Position numbers and translations under genes: made by a program. The notes under the pieces were generated by a model. The model was not told the DNA's origin. It was given only the letters and a program-made list of their open reading frames with translations, and did no database searches. Below, piece by piece: positions 37,713 through 48,191 of a DNA stretch of 64,000 nt. Source of the DNA: Escherichia phage VTCCBPA_322; sequence record PP989839.1; one strand, given 5' to 3'. Position 1 is the stretch's first letter; the number at the start of each line of letters is the position of its first letter.

Positions 37713-40288
37713 GCGAATGCCTTTTGAATTATTTGATGAACTTCATCTGGGGTAGCGTGATTTGGAATTTCAATCTCGTTAGCCCACGTTGGGTAAAACA
37801 AGGATAGTTCCCCACCCAAACCAACTTCTGGATGAGCAATATCAGGATGGTCTTGCCAGTTAACGGCTTCAACCAGATGCTTGTTCGTATACTGCAAGGT
37901 GTCCATGTTGTCGCGAATCATGAAGTATTGGGCATCATGAATGTGAATACAAGGGCGTATATCTAACCTGAACTCACTGGTTCTGACTTTACGCATAAAT
38001 TCTGAGCCAGCACGGTTATTCAGTAGACACCAGCTTTGACCTAATGCATTACCAGCAGTCCTGCCTTCAGCCTCTGCTTCATATGGAGTCTTACATGTCC
38101 CACGTAAAACCTGAGCCAGTAAAGGAGTACGCACTCTCAAACCAAATGCAGCAGTTACATAACCAGTCTTAGCAGCTTCATCTAGCTTAGCTTGAACCCA
38201 CGCATCACTAACTACATAGAGGTCGTGATAACGTTTCTCTGTGAGTTTTGCCTTCTCTTCGGAGAAGCCACAGTTTTTCATTAAGCCCATATATGTACCA
38301 CCATAGGTAAGCAGGAAGGTTGGAGCCTTCGAGTCACTACGTAATGATTTGTACTTATGCTGAATGGAGTTAATAGATTCTACAGTGTCTTCTATGTCTG
38401 GCATCTGCTCGCCGAAGTAAGCATATGCACGGAGACTATGTCCATCATAGCCATCGGTATATACCTTAAGCTTCTGAGGGTCTTTAGTAGTTAGTGCAGA
38501 GATACGGTCTTCAAGGCTTGCAAAGTCCAGTCCACAAAATATCCAACCTGGTGGTGCTTCGAAGCATTTCTTAATCTTCTTGGCATATTTGGAACCACTG
38601 GGGATGGTCTGTAGATTAGGCTCGGACGCTGAGAGACGTCCTGATACTGTGCCTCCAAGATTGAGGTTACCGAACAGGTAGTGCCATCCATCTGGTCCAG
38701 GCTGTGCATTACGGAAAGCTGGTATGAATGAAGTGATAATCTTATCCACGAGCTTATAGTCGATAAGTGCATTGAGCAGTTCCTTAACATCTTCACTCTG
38801 CGTATGTGTACGCAGTGCTTTAATAGTGTCACCGTCAGTAGCAGGTTGCTTGCTCTTAGTAAGACCAAGAACCGGTAAGCCGATATAATCAAATAACAGC
38901 TTCTGTAGTTGTGGCCCAGAGTTAGGATTAAACTCAATGTCACAATCAGCTAGTGTTACCTGTTTCTTTTTCAACTTAGCATTCTTATCGTCTACCCATT
39001 CCTGACGAAGCATCAGGGTGAAGTTCTTCATGAGATTAGACTCACGAATAGTTTTCAGAGCCTGGTTCCTGTCAGTTTCCATTTCCTCAGCTACCTGGTT
39101 AACGGTTTCCATATTCATGGGCATACCGGTTAACTGCATTTGAATAATGTCTTCACATGCTGGTTTAAAGATGTTGTTGTAAACATCCAGTTGGTCATCA
39201 GTTACCAGGGTATCCCAGTGCTTCTCATAGGTGTACCACGTACACAAACCATCAATGAGGTTGTAGCGTAACAGTTGCTCATTAGGAATAAGACGAATGT
39301 CTTTAATATCATCCTGAGCATAGTTACCAGCATACTCCTGAGCCTGCTCTTTTAGACTAAGGTGATTACCAGCACAGCTGTTAGTAGCCAGATAGGTAAT
39401 TAATTTAGTACAGTCCCAGTTACGCAGCATGATGTCCATGCCATGTAGTAACCCTTCTGTATCAATCAGGTTATCCATGAATAACTGATAGATAAGTATG
39501 TATACGTCATAGCTAATGTTGTGATACATCTGCCGTTGGGTGTACTTAATGAAGAACTCGCGTAACAGGTTTCGAACAATATCATTTCTGTTGATACGCC
39601 CGTAAGGTGCTTCAGTAGCTCCAGGAATCGGCTCATAGTCCACGTTAAAGGCTATGCCTTGTGTCTTACTCCAACAGAATGTAATTGTCCCTATACCGGC
39701 GTTATAGTGCTTTAAACCGAATGCTTCGATGTCTATAGCCAGAGGCTTATTCATCTCAAGCAACTGGTCTAGCCAGGCTTTAATCTTTTCGGGTGTATCT
39801 GGGTAGGCTTCAAACTCAATGATTCCTTGACCTGGTTCAGCATACTGTCCACGTATGTGGTTGAGTAATGCATCCATACCCTGAGCAATCTTGGATTTCA
39901 CTACGGGTGGGTCATAAAATACCTGCCTGTAGCTAGGCGTATAGATAACCTTCTGCTTACCCCATACTGAGTCACAAACATAGCCGAGGTTAGCCTCTGC
40001 TTTAGCTTCTTTAGTCAGTATTTTGAAGTAGTCAGAATCGGTACAGATAATGTACTGAGTTTCTGCATCATCCAGTACTTGTTGCAATTCCTGCTGTATG
40101 AACTCCTTAATCTCCCTTGCTGGAGTCTTCTTCTTGCCGGGGGCAGAATGAAGTTCAATAAAGATGAAATCTTCCATGCTTAGGTCATAAGGTAGCAGGT
40201 AGGTTTTAATCATCTCCTCCCTTCGGATTTGATGACCGAGGATAGCAATAGGATACTTACCAGTATCCTGAGAGGTGATGTAACGCAT
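37709..40288 (-). CDS. family A DNA polymerase with 3'-5' exonuclease domain (N4 gp39-like)
   Basis: 859 aa; Exo I-like LAIDIEAFGL; Pol I motifs RLSASEPNLQTIP, KAPTFLLTYGGTYMGL (K...YG), CIHIHDAQYF (HD). Confidence 0.85.
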   Translation of the reverse strand: MRYITSQDTGKYPIAILGHQIRREEMIKTYLLPYDLSMEDFIFIELHSAPGKKKTPAREIKEFIQQELQQVLDDAETQYIICTDSDYFKILTKEAKAEANLGYVCDSVWGKQKVIYTPSYRQVFYDPPVVKSKIAQGMDALLNHIRGQYAEPGQGIIEFEAYPDTPEKIKAWLDQLLEMNKPLAIDIEAFGLKHYNAGIGTITFCWSKTQGIAFNVDYEPIPGATEAPYGRINRNDIVRNLLREFFIKYTQRQMYHNISYDVYILIYQLFMDNLIDTEGLLHGMDIMLRNWDCTKLITYLATNSCAGNHLSLKEQAQEYAGNYAQDDIKDIRLIPNEQLLRYNLIDGLCTWYTYEKHWDTLVTDDQLDVYNNIFKPACEDIIQMQLTGMPMNMETVNQVAEEMETDRNQALKTIRESNLMKNFTLMLRQEWVDDKNAKLKKKQVTLADCDIEFNPNSGPQLQKLLFDYIGLPVLGLTKSKQPATDGDTIKALRTHTQSEDVKELLNALIDYKLVDKIITSFIPAFRNAQPGPDGWHYLFGNLNLGGTVSGRLSASEPNLQTIPSGSKYAKKIKKCFEAPPGWIFCGLDFASLEDRISALTTKDPQKLKVYTDGYDGHSLRAYAYFGEQMPDIEDTVESINSIQHKYKSLRSDSKAPTFLLTYGGTYMGLMKNCGFSEEKAKLTEKRYHDLYVVSDAWVQAKLDEAAKTGYVTAAFGLRVRTPLLAQVLRGTCKTPYEAEAEGRTAGNALGQSWCLLNNRAGSEFMRKVRTSEFRLDIRPCIHIHDAQYFMIRDNMDTLQYTNKHLVEAVNWQDHPDIAHPEVGLGGELSLFYPTWANEIEIPNHATPDEVHQIIQKAFA

Positions 40289-40297
40289 AGCTTTACC

Positions 40298-40828
40298 TTA
40301 GAAAATCAGATGGGAAGCTGCATAGTACTCAATAGAGGGCAGAATCTTCTCATACTGTTTTATTGCCATAGCATCGCCAGCGAGTGTCCAGGCTGCTTCA
40401 CGAGTACGTGGCAGACCTTTGTACTGACCCGTCTGGTCTTGTGCTACCAGACACTCAGGCAGAGCATCACGTACATCCTGATAAGACATACAACCGCGAA
40501 CCAGGCGATATACAGTCTGGTTCACAAGGTGTACTTCCATAATCAGACGACTGGAGGCTTTCAGATACTTGTCCATTGCAGGCCATAGTTCTGGATTAAG
40601 GGTTAATCGTTCACCGTAGGTTGGGGGTCTGGTAGCGTTAGAACGCTGATAGAACTCCCCCTGATAAAGGAATCCAGCTGATACATCAATACCATTGATA
40701 CGGTCATTCTTATCAATGATGCTGTTTAACACACCATCAAGACGAACCAGTTCTGCTAAGAACAGGTGCTTGACTATCTCGCTGCTATTGGCAACCTGAC
40801 CAATAGTTGCTGAACCAATCTGAGGCAT
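40298..40828 (-). CDS. hypothetical protein
   Basis: 176 aa; strong AAGGGAGGG RBS. Confidence 0.55.
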   Translation of the reverse strand: MPQIGSATIGQVANSSEIVKHLFLAELVRLDGVLNSIIDKNDRINGIDVSAGFLYQGEFYQRSNATRPPTYGERLTLNPELWPAMDKYLKASSRLIMEVHLVNQTVYRLVRGCMSYQDVRDALPECLVAQDQTGQYKGLPRTREAAWTLAGDAMAIKQYEKILPSIEYYAASHLIF

Positions 40829-40838
40829 ATACCCTCCC

Positions 40839-42149
40839 TTAGAAAGTTAGACCACCGTACTTACTGGCAAGATTGCCATAGAACACTACACGCTTACGAG
40901 CACGAGACACAGCGACGTAAAGCAGACGGGCAACCATATCTGGTTGGCGACAGCTTGAGAGGTCATTTGCGTCAATAAAGATTGTGTCGTAAGTAGAGCC
41001 TTGCGATTTATGAACAGTACATGCGTGAGTAGCACGTAGGTCTGGAATGGTTTCTTTAAGACGGAAGTAAGGTTCCCAGTTCTTCTCTTTACCTAACCAC
41101 TTAACTAAACGGTTGAAGTAGTCTGGGTCGGTAGGTACTGGAACTTCACTAACAATACCACCATAACCAAGGTCAAGAGTACTATCACGGACTTCCAGTT
41201 CCAGGTCACCTGTAACTTTAACCATTCGAGTACTACTATCCTGGTCGATGAGTTTTACGTCTTGCTCGATAGACAGACGATCATCCACACCTAAGCGAAC
41301 AGCAGAGTTAGATACCAGCTGCTCGCCGATGGAGTACTCACCTACGTAGCCATTAGCCTCACGAATGTAGTTATTGTAATTAATAACCTGGTCATTTGTG
41401 TAAGCAACAATACGGCTGTTGGTAGGTTGAGTGAAGTGACTGAGAACCAGTCTCTCCATCTCTTCTTCCTGTACCCAGTCAATAATGCCTGGAATACATT
41501 TAATAGGCAGGAAGCCTGTCTTACCTTCCACCGTGTCACGCAATTGCTGGTGCAATGCCTTAAGTTCCGGTGCGTCAGTACGCATCTGTTCAGTCAGATA
41601 GTGTGTTGGGATATTACCTGCGTATACCGGAGACTTATTCTCTTTAACGGGCAGAAGCTGGGAAGCATCTCCTACAAATACCAGTTTGCACTGGTGAGTA
41701 CCTTCACGAGCATACTTAAGTAACTGACGGTCAATCATGGATGCTTCATCTACGAAGATGATTTTGTTCTTCTTAATATTGAATGACTTAGAAGGTACGA
41801 CATTAGCCTCACCAGTCTTAAAATCATTTTTAACAATCAGTCCCTGGAAGGAATGATAGGTAGATGTTGGACGTCCGGTAGCCTGAGCCAGAACTTCAGC
41901 AGCTTTGTTCGTGGTCGCAGTCATAACAACCTCGTTATACAGAGGCTTGGTTCCCATAAGGGAGCAAGTTTCCATATATGCAGGCATAGTGTCATCAATG
42001 AGGTGCGACATCAGGAATGTCTTACCAGTTCCCCCAGGTCCACTAATATTGAATTCTGAGGCATTAGGGTCGAGCAGGAAGTCGAAGAACTCCTTCGCAA
42101 CCGCTTCTTGCCCCTTGTTCAGTGGGGCTTTGGTAGGTTTGGAAAACAT
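40839..42149 (-). CDS. SF1 DNA helicase (Dda/RecD-like)
   Basis: 436 aa; Walker A GPGGTGKTF, Walker B FVDEASMI, motifs VHKSQGSTYD and LYVAVSRARK. Confidence 0.8.
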   Translation of the reverse strand: MFSKPTKAPLNKGQEAVAKEFFDFLLDPNASEFNISGPGGTGKTFLMSHLIDDTMPAYMETCSLMGTKPLYNEVVMTATTNKAAEVLAQATGRPTSTYHSFQGLIVKNDFKTGEANVVPSKSFNIKKNKIIFVDEASMIDRQLLKYAREGTHQCKLVFVGDASQLLPVKENKSPVYAGNIPTHYLTEQMRTDAPELKALHQQLRDTVEGKTGFLPIKCIPGIIDWVQEEEMERLVLSHFTQPTNSRIVAYTNDQVINYNNYIREANGYVGEYSIGEQLVSNSAVRLGVDDRLSIEQDVKLIDQDSSTRMVKVTGDLELEVRDSTLDLGYGGIVSEVPVPTDPDYFNRLVKWLGKEKNWEPYFRLKETIPDLRATHACTVHKSQGSTYDTIFIDANDLSSCRQPDMVARLLYVAVSRARKRVVFYGNLASKYGGLTF

Positions 42150-42161
42150 TAAAATCTCCAG

Positions 42162-42185
42162 TAAAAAACCCTCCGTAGAGGGTTA
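42162..42185 (-). terminator. intrinsic terminator after MazG-like gene
   Basis: minus strand AACCCTC-TACG-GAGGGTT followed by TTTTTTAC. Confidence 0.6.
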
Positions 42186-42644
42186 GATGTAAGGGGTTAA
42201 ATCTGGGGGAGTGTAGTCTTTCCCCTTCATAACTTTCTTATTCTCATTGAAGACTGGTTCCCCATCTTCAAACTTAGAATAGTTAGAGCGATTGACTTCA
42301 GCCAATGCTCCAGGGACATTCATCCCAAGGAAAGTACCGACGCCAGTTGCTGTAACAATCTGGTCTGCCAGTGCATCCAGTAGTTCTTTACGGTCTTCTT
42401 CTTTAATGAAGAAGCTACCCTCTTCTTGCTTAAGCAAGTTGGATACAAATCGTAAGTGTTTACGTGCATCATCTAACTTGTTTTTATAGCCAGGATACTT
42501 AGTCTGGAGCACATCTAGCATCTCCACTACTTCTTCCAGATGACAACCAATCTGGGTACTAATGTTCTTACTCGTCGGATTTGGTACTGCTTTCCGGAAC
42601 CAGGCTTCCGTATTTGCCAGCGTACAAACGGATGAACTTGTCAT
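42183..42644 (-). CDS. MazG-like nucleoside triphosphate pyrophosphohydrolase
   Basis: ATG at 42644 (track start 42650 is GTG); EExxExxD-type motif HLEEVVEMLD and second acidic helix ELLDALADQ. Confidence 0.55.
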   Translation of the reverse strand: MTSSSVCTLANTEAWFRKAVPNPTSKNISTQIGCHLEEVVEMLDVLQTKYPGYKNKLDDARKHLRFVSNLLKQEEGSFFIKEEDRKELLDALADQIVTATGVGTFLGMNVPGALAEVNRSNYSKFEDGEPVFNENKKVMKGKDYTPPDLTPYI

Positions 42645-42963
42645 ACTCACTCTCTTGGTTAAGGTGGCGATTATTATATGCCTCCAGAATCAAGTCCCTT
42701 ACATATGAGCGAATTTCATAAGCAGGACCAACTTGTTCTGACAGCCAATCTGCCACATGGGTTGGTAAAGGACGTAATACGTTTTCCATGAACGTGCGAC
42801 GTGTGTCGGCTGGTTCAATGTTTAAAGAACGCAATCGCAAAGTAACCGTAGTGGGGTGAACCCCCAACGTCTTAGCGATAGTTGCGAGGGACAGACCAAC
42901 AGCATTCATACGAATGATGTCTTCATCAGTTGCTTTGCGATTACTTCTGAATACTTTACTCAT
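42568..42963 (-). CDS. HTH DNA-binding protein
   Basis: ATG at 42963 with GAGGAGG RBS; helix-turn-helix GLSLATIAKTLGVHPTTVTLRL; 3' end overlaps MazG-like gene by 77 nt in another frame. Confidence 0.5.
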   Translation of the reverse strand: MSKVFRSNRKATDEDIIRMNAVGLSLATIAKTLGVHPTTVTLRLRSLNIEPADTRRTFMENVLRPLPTHVADWLSEQVGPAYEIRSYVRDLILEAYNNRHLNQESEYDKFIRLYAGKYGSLVPESSTKSDE

Positions 42964-43025
42964 AGTACAATTCCTCCTCAAAATTACCCTCACTTTATTA
43001 CAAGTGAGGGCATTTGAACAGGCTA

Positions 43026-45077
43026 TTACTTAACTGCTTTGACTAGCTTGGTAGCTAATTTAGCTTCTTCTTCAGTCAGACCCATTGCAGTGAATGACTT
43101 CTTAGCATGACGCTTATAGTCTTGCAGGGCATGACCCTTCTGATAGTCAGAGTATGACGTATCGTTCAGGATGCTACGCAGATTATCAGCGTGTTTACCA
43201 GAAGGAGCTACTTTAGTAGCAGCAGCAGAACGGTGAGCCTTAGCTTGCTTCACTGGTTTAGGTTTACCGATTGGTTTAGCTGTGTAAGTTGTACGTACAT
43301 CAGCAATCTTAGCCACCACATCGCTACCTACGCCCAAAGCAGCCCATGGCTTACGAGCCTTGCCTCGCATTTCCACAAGCAAATCAGCAGCAGCTAACTT
43401 ATCTTCTGGGGTTGTTGCATTAAGTAACTCTTTAACCAGTTCCTGGATTTGTTCTTTCACAGTAGGAGCCTTCTTAATAACAGGTTTGAGGTCAGTAGCT
43501 TTCACTGGTTCAGCAGCTACAGCTTCATTTAGTGACTCTTCCATATTCAGTGCTTCCTTACTAGCAACTGTACGGAATTGTTCTACAGAACCAGATGTGA
43601 GATTAGTGTATTTGAGGTTAGTACCACGATGCCCACCAACCATAACAAGTGTGGTAGGGGAACTGTGGTTCCCAACGATGGCATCATTAAGCAACTTCTT
43701 GCCCACTTCCGTCTTAGACAGATAGATACCATTGTTAACGTTGCAACGTTCCTCTTCCGGCAGTTCAGCAATAATGTGATATGCAGATACACGCATCTTA
43801 TTAGTGTTGTACTGAGGAACAGCAAATACATCTTCTGGTGCTACTTTACCAAGGATAGTTACGTTACCACCGAAGCTACGAATGTAGCTCATGGATGCTA
43901 CGTGTAGGCCATTAGAACAGTCCTGACGACGGTCAGGGTCTACCAGGTCTTCACGTACCTGCACTTTACAGCCTACCCATTGACGAATGTTGCCTGAGTG
44001 ACAGTCAACGAATACACGTTTACCATCTTCTTTCTCTTTATACTGAAGACGTTTCAGGAACAAGATAGAACCATCATCAGCAATAGGCAGTTCAGCAGTT
44101 TCCATGAACTTCATCAGGTCTTCTACTGAGTGCAGACGGTCTTTAATAACCGGAGCCAGACGCTCAAGGAACTTAGTAAAGCCCTTGTAGTCTTTCAGCT
44201 TGGCAGACTGACGCAAGTGACGTTGTAGGTTCTCAACTCCAGGGATAACCCCATTGTTGGTAACAGCAACAACCACTTCATCTTCCTTCACATCAGTGTG
44301 GAAGTTAGCGTCATCAGTACTAATGGCACCTAATGCAGCTAACTTCTCAGAAGCAGCAGCCAGCTTATCCTGGTTCGAAGTTTTAGTTACTTCAATGTAA
44401 GGCAGTGGTGTCTGTTCACGGTTGGTAAATACAACATGTACGCCTTTTATGTGCTTAGCTTGTTTAGCAAACTCACCCATTTCATCATCAGATACTGCAC
44501 GAATTGCAACAGGCCATTCTTGTCTGAGCATGGTGTTGGTATGTTCATACCCCCAACCCATTACGTCGTTAATAAAGCGAACCAGTGCAGGATGGTTATG
44601 GTCTTTGTCCCAACCAGTAACCCACATCAGATTGTCACGCTTGTCATAACAACCATCTGATACTGTTACTTCTGGTTCATTAGCCTGTACAGCCAGGAAG
44701 GTATCCATAGCTTTAGATACTAATGTCTTAGTGGGATTGCCCAGCTTAATATCAGCAACGTTACGGGCTGGTGGAACATCAGTATCATCATGGAAGAACT
44801 CTTTAAGCTTAGCTTTAGCTACCTTGAAGAAACGAACGAATCCGTTAGTGTTCTTCTCTGCTTCCAGATACTCAGTACGTAGTGATACCTCTGGTGCAAT
44901 GTTTACTTCTATCAGGTCTTTGGTAATTCCCAGACCTTTGGTTTGTGCTTCAGATACAATACGAGCAACCCGTGGGTCGCTCTGAGGATACACAATTGTG
45001 GAGCCATCTGGCTTCCACAATGTTAGGTTTCGACTGTCAACTGCCAGTGCGATGATAGAAATCAGTTCGATTTTCAT
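43026..45077 (-). CDS. rIIB: rIIB-like protein
   Basis: 683 aa directly downstream of rIIA-like gene; assignment by synteny with rIIA-like partner, no motif. Confidence 0.4.
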   Translation of the reverse strand: MKIELISIIALAVDSRNLTLWKPDGSTIVYPQSDPRVARIVSEAQTKGLGITKDLIEVNIAPEVSLRTEYLEAEKNTNGFVRFFKVAKAKLKEFFHDDTDVPPARNVADIKLGNPTKTLVSKAMDTFLAVQANEPEVTVSDGCYDKRDNLMWVTGWDKDHNHPALVRFINDVMGWGYEHTNTMLRQEWPVAIRAVSDDEMGEFAKQAKHIKGVHVVFTNREQTPLPYIEVTKTSNQDKLAAASEKLAALGAISTDDANFHTDVKEDEVVVAVTNNGVIPGVENLQRHLRQSAKLKDYKGFTKFLERLAPVIKDRLHSVEDLMKFMETAELPIADDGSILFLKRLQYKEKEDGKRVFVDCHSGNIRQWVGCKVQVREDLVDPDRRQDCSNGLHVASMSYIRSFGGNVTILGKVAPEDVFAVPQYNTNKMRVSAYHIIAELPEEERCNVNNGIYLSKTEVGKKLLNDAIVGNHSSPTTLVMVGGHRGTNLKYTNLTSGSVEQFRTVASKEALNMEESLNEAVAAEPVKATDLKPVIKKAPTVKEQIQELVKELLNATTPEDKLAAADLLVEMRGKARKPWAALGVGSDVVAKIADVRTTYTAKPIGKPKPVKQAKAHRSAAATKVAPSGKHADNLRSILNDTSYSDYQKGHALQDYKRHAKKSFTAMGLTEEEAKLATKLVKAVK

Positions 45078-45081
45078 CAGA

Positions 45082-47646
45082 TTAGTTACCTTTCAGTTTA
45101 TTTAGACGATTACGGTAGAGGGATTTAAACCCAGGAATATCCTCTGGATTCCTCTTGAGATGTTTAACTAAACTATCTAAGTCCAGATTTTGAAGGATGT
45201 CACTATCACTCCAGCTATAATGGAATAATCCTTTGTACTGATTAAGTATTTCAAAGTATTTATGATTACGTGGGCTGGTCATTTGTATGTAAGGTAATAA
45301 GTCTTCCCTTGACTTAATGTAACCCATTTCAATGAGCTTCTCCTCTTTACTCCGATGATTTCTTAGGAAATCATACGCCCATTCATACTCTGGTTTAAAA
45401 ATCAGATTCTGTAATGGTTTGAATGTTAGACCCAGTATGTCGAGGATTTCCCAGTATTCCCTGTCATCTAATCCTACATATTCCAGAATACCAATACGGT
45501 GTTCAGTGACATACTTCTTAAATCCCTTACTGGTAATGACAGGCATCAGTTCCTTAAAACGAACATCGTCAATGTGAATAGCACCACGTCGTTTAGCCTT
45601 GTTAGCTTCTATTTGATTACGGCAGACAACAGTCTCTGCCTTCATCTCATCAGATAACTCATACCATTTCCACATGGTTCCAATCCGGGCAATTACTGGA
45701 CTACCAGAAGCAACCTGATTGGCTAGTACGTAGTACTTAGGTTGTTCCACTTCAACAAAACCATATTTCTCATGGCGGCTTGGGTCAGCAAACTCCTTCT
45801 GGATGTATGGTTTATATACCCAATCACCACTTTTATCTCGTACAGGAGTAGTACCAAGAACTGCATTCAATGAAACCAATGCATTAGTTTTACCAGTTGC
45901 TTTGGTTTTATTGGCAGCTATTGTCTTAGCCCGTCTTTCAGCAGCTATCTTAGCTTGCTCTCTGCGATAGTTAGTTGGTTTGTCCCACTCATTATATTGA
46001 GTGAGGTCAATTACCCGATAACCCATAGCAGTGAACTTAGCTACAGCTTCCTCTGCTGCACCCTTCTTAGGACCAACGACGTGAACAAAAGCTGTACGCT
46101 CCAGGTCATCTCGGTTGTACTCTGGGAAATATGAGAAAGAGTCCGCACAATCAGATAAACGTCGAGTAACTACAACGTTCTTGGTAGTGAAAATACCAAT
46201 ACCCAAATGGCAGTTATAGCCCATCTTAAAGTAATCAGTAAGTTTACCTTTCACCAGATCAACACGGTTACCCTGGTTCATTATGTAACCAGACCATTTA
46301 ACACCAGTTGCTTTTAAAGCAGCAAGCTGAGGTAAATGTAGATGGCGATATACCAATTCCTGGAATGGATAGCTTGTACCATCTGCACGAGTATCTTTAA
46401 GAGCACTCATAGCCTTACTATACAGTTTCTTAAGACCTGCATATTCAGGACGAGCTAGTAGTGCTTTATTAGATAAGTTACGCCAATGCTTGATGTGATG
46501 TTTGCGTTGTTTAGCCCATAAGCTAGAGGACATATAGCGTTGAACAGTTCTGTCTGTAACTGCAAGTAAGAAAGATGGATATTCCCAATAACGGGTAGAT
46601 GATTTAGAGGCGTATTCTTCAATCTGCTTAATAGCTTCAGGAATTTTAGCCTTAATCTCCTTCTCCATACGGTCTACTAAATCTACACATAGAGTAGTAA
46701 TACCATCGTCGGTTAACTTCTGGTTAGACAGTGTTTCTCGACTAGGAGCAATAGCTAGAGTATCCGGTGCAGCCTGAACTACTAAATTGTCAGCACCAAT
46801 AATGTTCATAAAGTTGAGAATAAGACCTACAGCCTCTTCACTAGCAGGGCTGGATACTATTGGGTACATTACATTACCGTAACGAACAAATAGATTACTG
46901 TTACCCATATAGCCTTGATACCAGCTATCAGACATATTATAGGAACCAGGTTCAAATGACATGCCTAGTGTATTCAGTAAAGTGTAGTCGCCCTGCTGAA
47001 TACTATTACCTTCTTCTGTTTTAACGAGTTTAGGGATACTAAGTTCAGCTTTAATTTCACCGTTAAATACAATAGATGTAATGTAATGCACAAAGGTATT
47101 TAAATCATGCTTGCCTAACTGGAATTTAACTTCCAGGCCAGATTCCTCAGTAGGAATGTTAGTAACGATAGGAACAATTCCGGGTTTACCGTCATTCTCA
47201 ATCGCAGCTTTAGCTACGTTATATACAGACATCTTTCCCTGGTTCCATGAAGTAACCTGAAAGCTATCTGTATAAGCGAACGGGGATTTACATCCCAGAC
47301 CAAAGCCACCAGTAACACTACTGTTGGCTTTCTTAGTAGATGCACCATAGACACCATAAATGGAACCAATGAGTTCATCAGGGATACCATTACCGTAGTC
47401 ACGGAATGTAATAAAGTTGTCTGTATCAATAGTGATACGAATAGGAGTATCAGTCTTACCTGCTTCAATATGAGCATCCCAACTGTTACAGATAGTCTCA
47501 CGAACTACTGCTAAAGTAGGATTGTTATATAAGGAAGTACTTAATACATGAAAGAATGCCGGGTCATCAGAGATGCCAAAGGCAATTGTTTCTTTGCCAC
47601 CCAGTGTCGCTGAGGTAGCTACTTCATTGGTATCTGCAACTAACAT
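45082..47646 (-). CDS. rIIA: rIIA-like protein with N-terminal GHKL (Bergerat-fold) ATPase domain
   Basis: 854 aa; GHKL motifs ETICNSWDA (N-box), RDYGNGIP (G1), GGFGLGCKS (G2). Confidence 0.6.
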   Translation of the reverse strand: MLVADTNEVATSATLGGKETIAFGISDDPAFFHVLSTSLYNNPTLAVVRETICNSWDAHIEAGKTDTPIRITIDTDNFITFRDYGNGIPDELIGSIYGVYGASTKKANSSVTGGFGLGCKSPFAYTDSFQVTSWNQGKMSVYNVAKAAIENDGKPGIVPIVTNIPTEESGLEVKFQLGKHDLNTFVHYITSIVFNGEIKAELSIPKLVKTEEGNSIQQGDYTLLNTLGMSFEPGSYNMSDSWYQGYMGNSNLFVRYGNVMYPIVSSPASEEAVGLILNFMNIIGADNLVVQAAPDTLAIAPSRETLSNQKLTDDGITTLCVDLVDRMEKEIKAKIPEAIKQIEEYASKSSTRYWEYPSFLLAVTDRTVQRYMSSSLWAKQRKHHIKHWRNLSNKALLARPEYAGLKKLYSKAMSALKDTRADGTSYPFQELVYRHLHLPQLAALKATGVKWSGYIMNQGNRVDLVKGKLTDYFKMGYNCHLGIGIFTTKNVVVTRRLSDCADSFSYFPEYNRDDLERTAFVHVVGPKKGAAEEAVAKFTAMGYRVIDLTQYNEWDKPTNYRREQAKIAAERRAKTIAANKTKATGKTNALVSLNAVLGTTPVRDKSGDWVYKPYIQKEFADPSRHEKYGFVEVEQPKYYVLANQVASGSPVIARIGTMWKWYELSDEMKAETVVCRNQIEANKAKRRGAIHIDDVRFKELMPVITSKGFKKYVTEHRIGILEYVGLDDREYWEILDILGLTFKPLQNLIFKPEYEWAYDFLRNHRSKEEKLIEMGYIKSREDLLPYIQMTSPRNHKYFEILNQYKGLFHYSWSDSDILQNLDLDSLVKHLKRNPEDIPGFKSLYRNRLNKLKGN

Positions 47647-47689
47647 TTATTTACTCTCCAGATTAAATGTTGCTTCCTGGTTATGACTA

Positions 47690-47884
47690 TTAAGAATTTA
47701 ATGCTGATTTACAGGCTTCAAAGATTTCTTTACGCAATTCCCGTTCTTTTTCTGGTTCTTCATGAGGATTGTAACCAAAAGGACTGTTTTGCATAAAACT
47801 AGCTAGAATTAGTAAATCTTCTTTAGATAGACCATCAATAGTGATGGAGTATTGGTTTTTGCTTTTTACTGTAGCGTTAGCCAT
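47690..47884 (-). CDS. small hypothetical protein
   Basis: ATG at 47884 with GGAG RBS (track start 47914 is TTG). Confidence 0.45.
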   Translation of the reverse strand: MANATVKSKNQYSITIDGLSKEDLLILASFMQNSPFGYNPHEEPEKERELRKEIFEACKSALNS

Positions 47885-48191
47885 TTCGTTTCTCCGCCAT
47901 TGCTTGTAGTACAAATACTACAGTGTCTGAAATCTGGTCATCAGTAGGCTCAACTAATTGACCATCCTTGTCATACATTTCTTTCAGAAGTGCATTAAGT
48001 TCAGCCATACCAGCCAATACCATTTCTTTGCTTGGCTCCAACCATAACTTACGTTCCTCTGCTAGTGCAGCAATGCACATACACAGAGAGGCAATGTTTG
48101 CAGGACATGCAAGAATATCTCCAGTAAGAGCTACTTCACTTAGGGGTACTGCTTTGCCTGTTTCAGACAAAATTACTTCAGGATTAATCAT
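47877..48191 (-). CDS. hypothetical protein
   Basis: ATG at 48191 with GGAG RBS; track start 48239 would overlap upstream gene by 56 nt. Confidence 0.45.
   Translation of the reverse strand: MINPEVILSETGKAVPLSEVALTGDILACPANIASLCMCIAALAEERKLWLEPSKEMVLAGMAELNALLKEMYDKDGQLVEPTDDQISDTVVFVLQAMAEKRNG

Noticed and set aside
38491-38943. 150-aa minus-strand ORF inside the DNA polymerase gene in another frame
   Set aside because: Fully nested within the polymerase coding frame, which carries the conserved motifs
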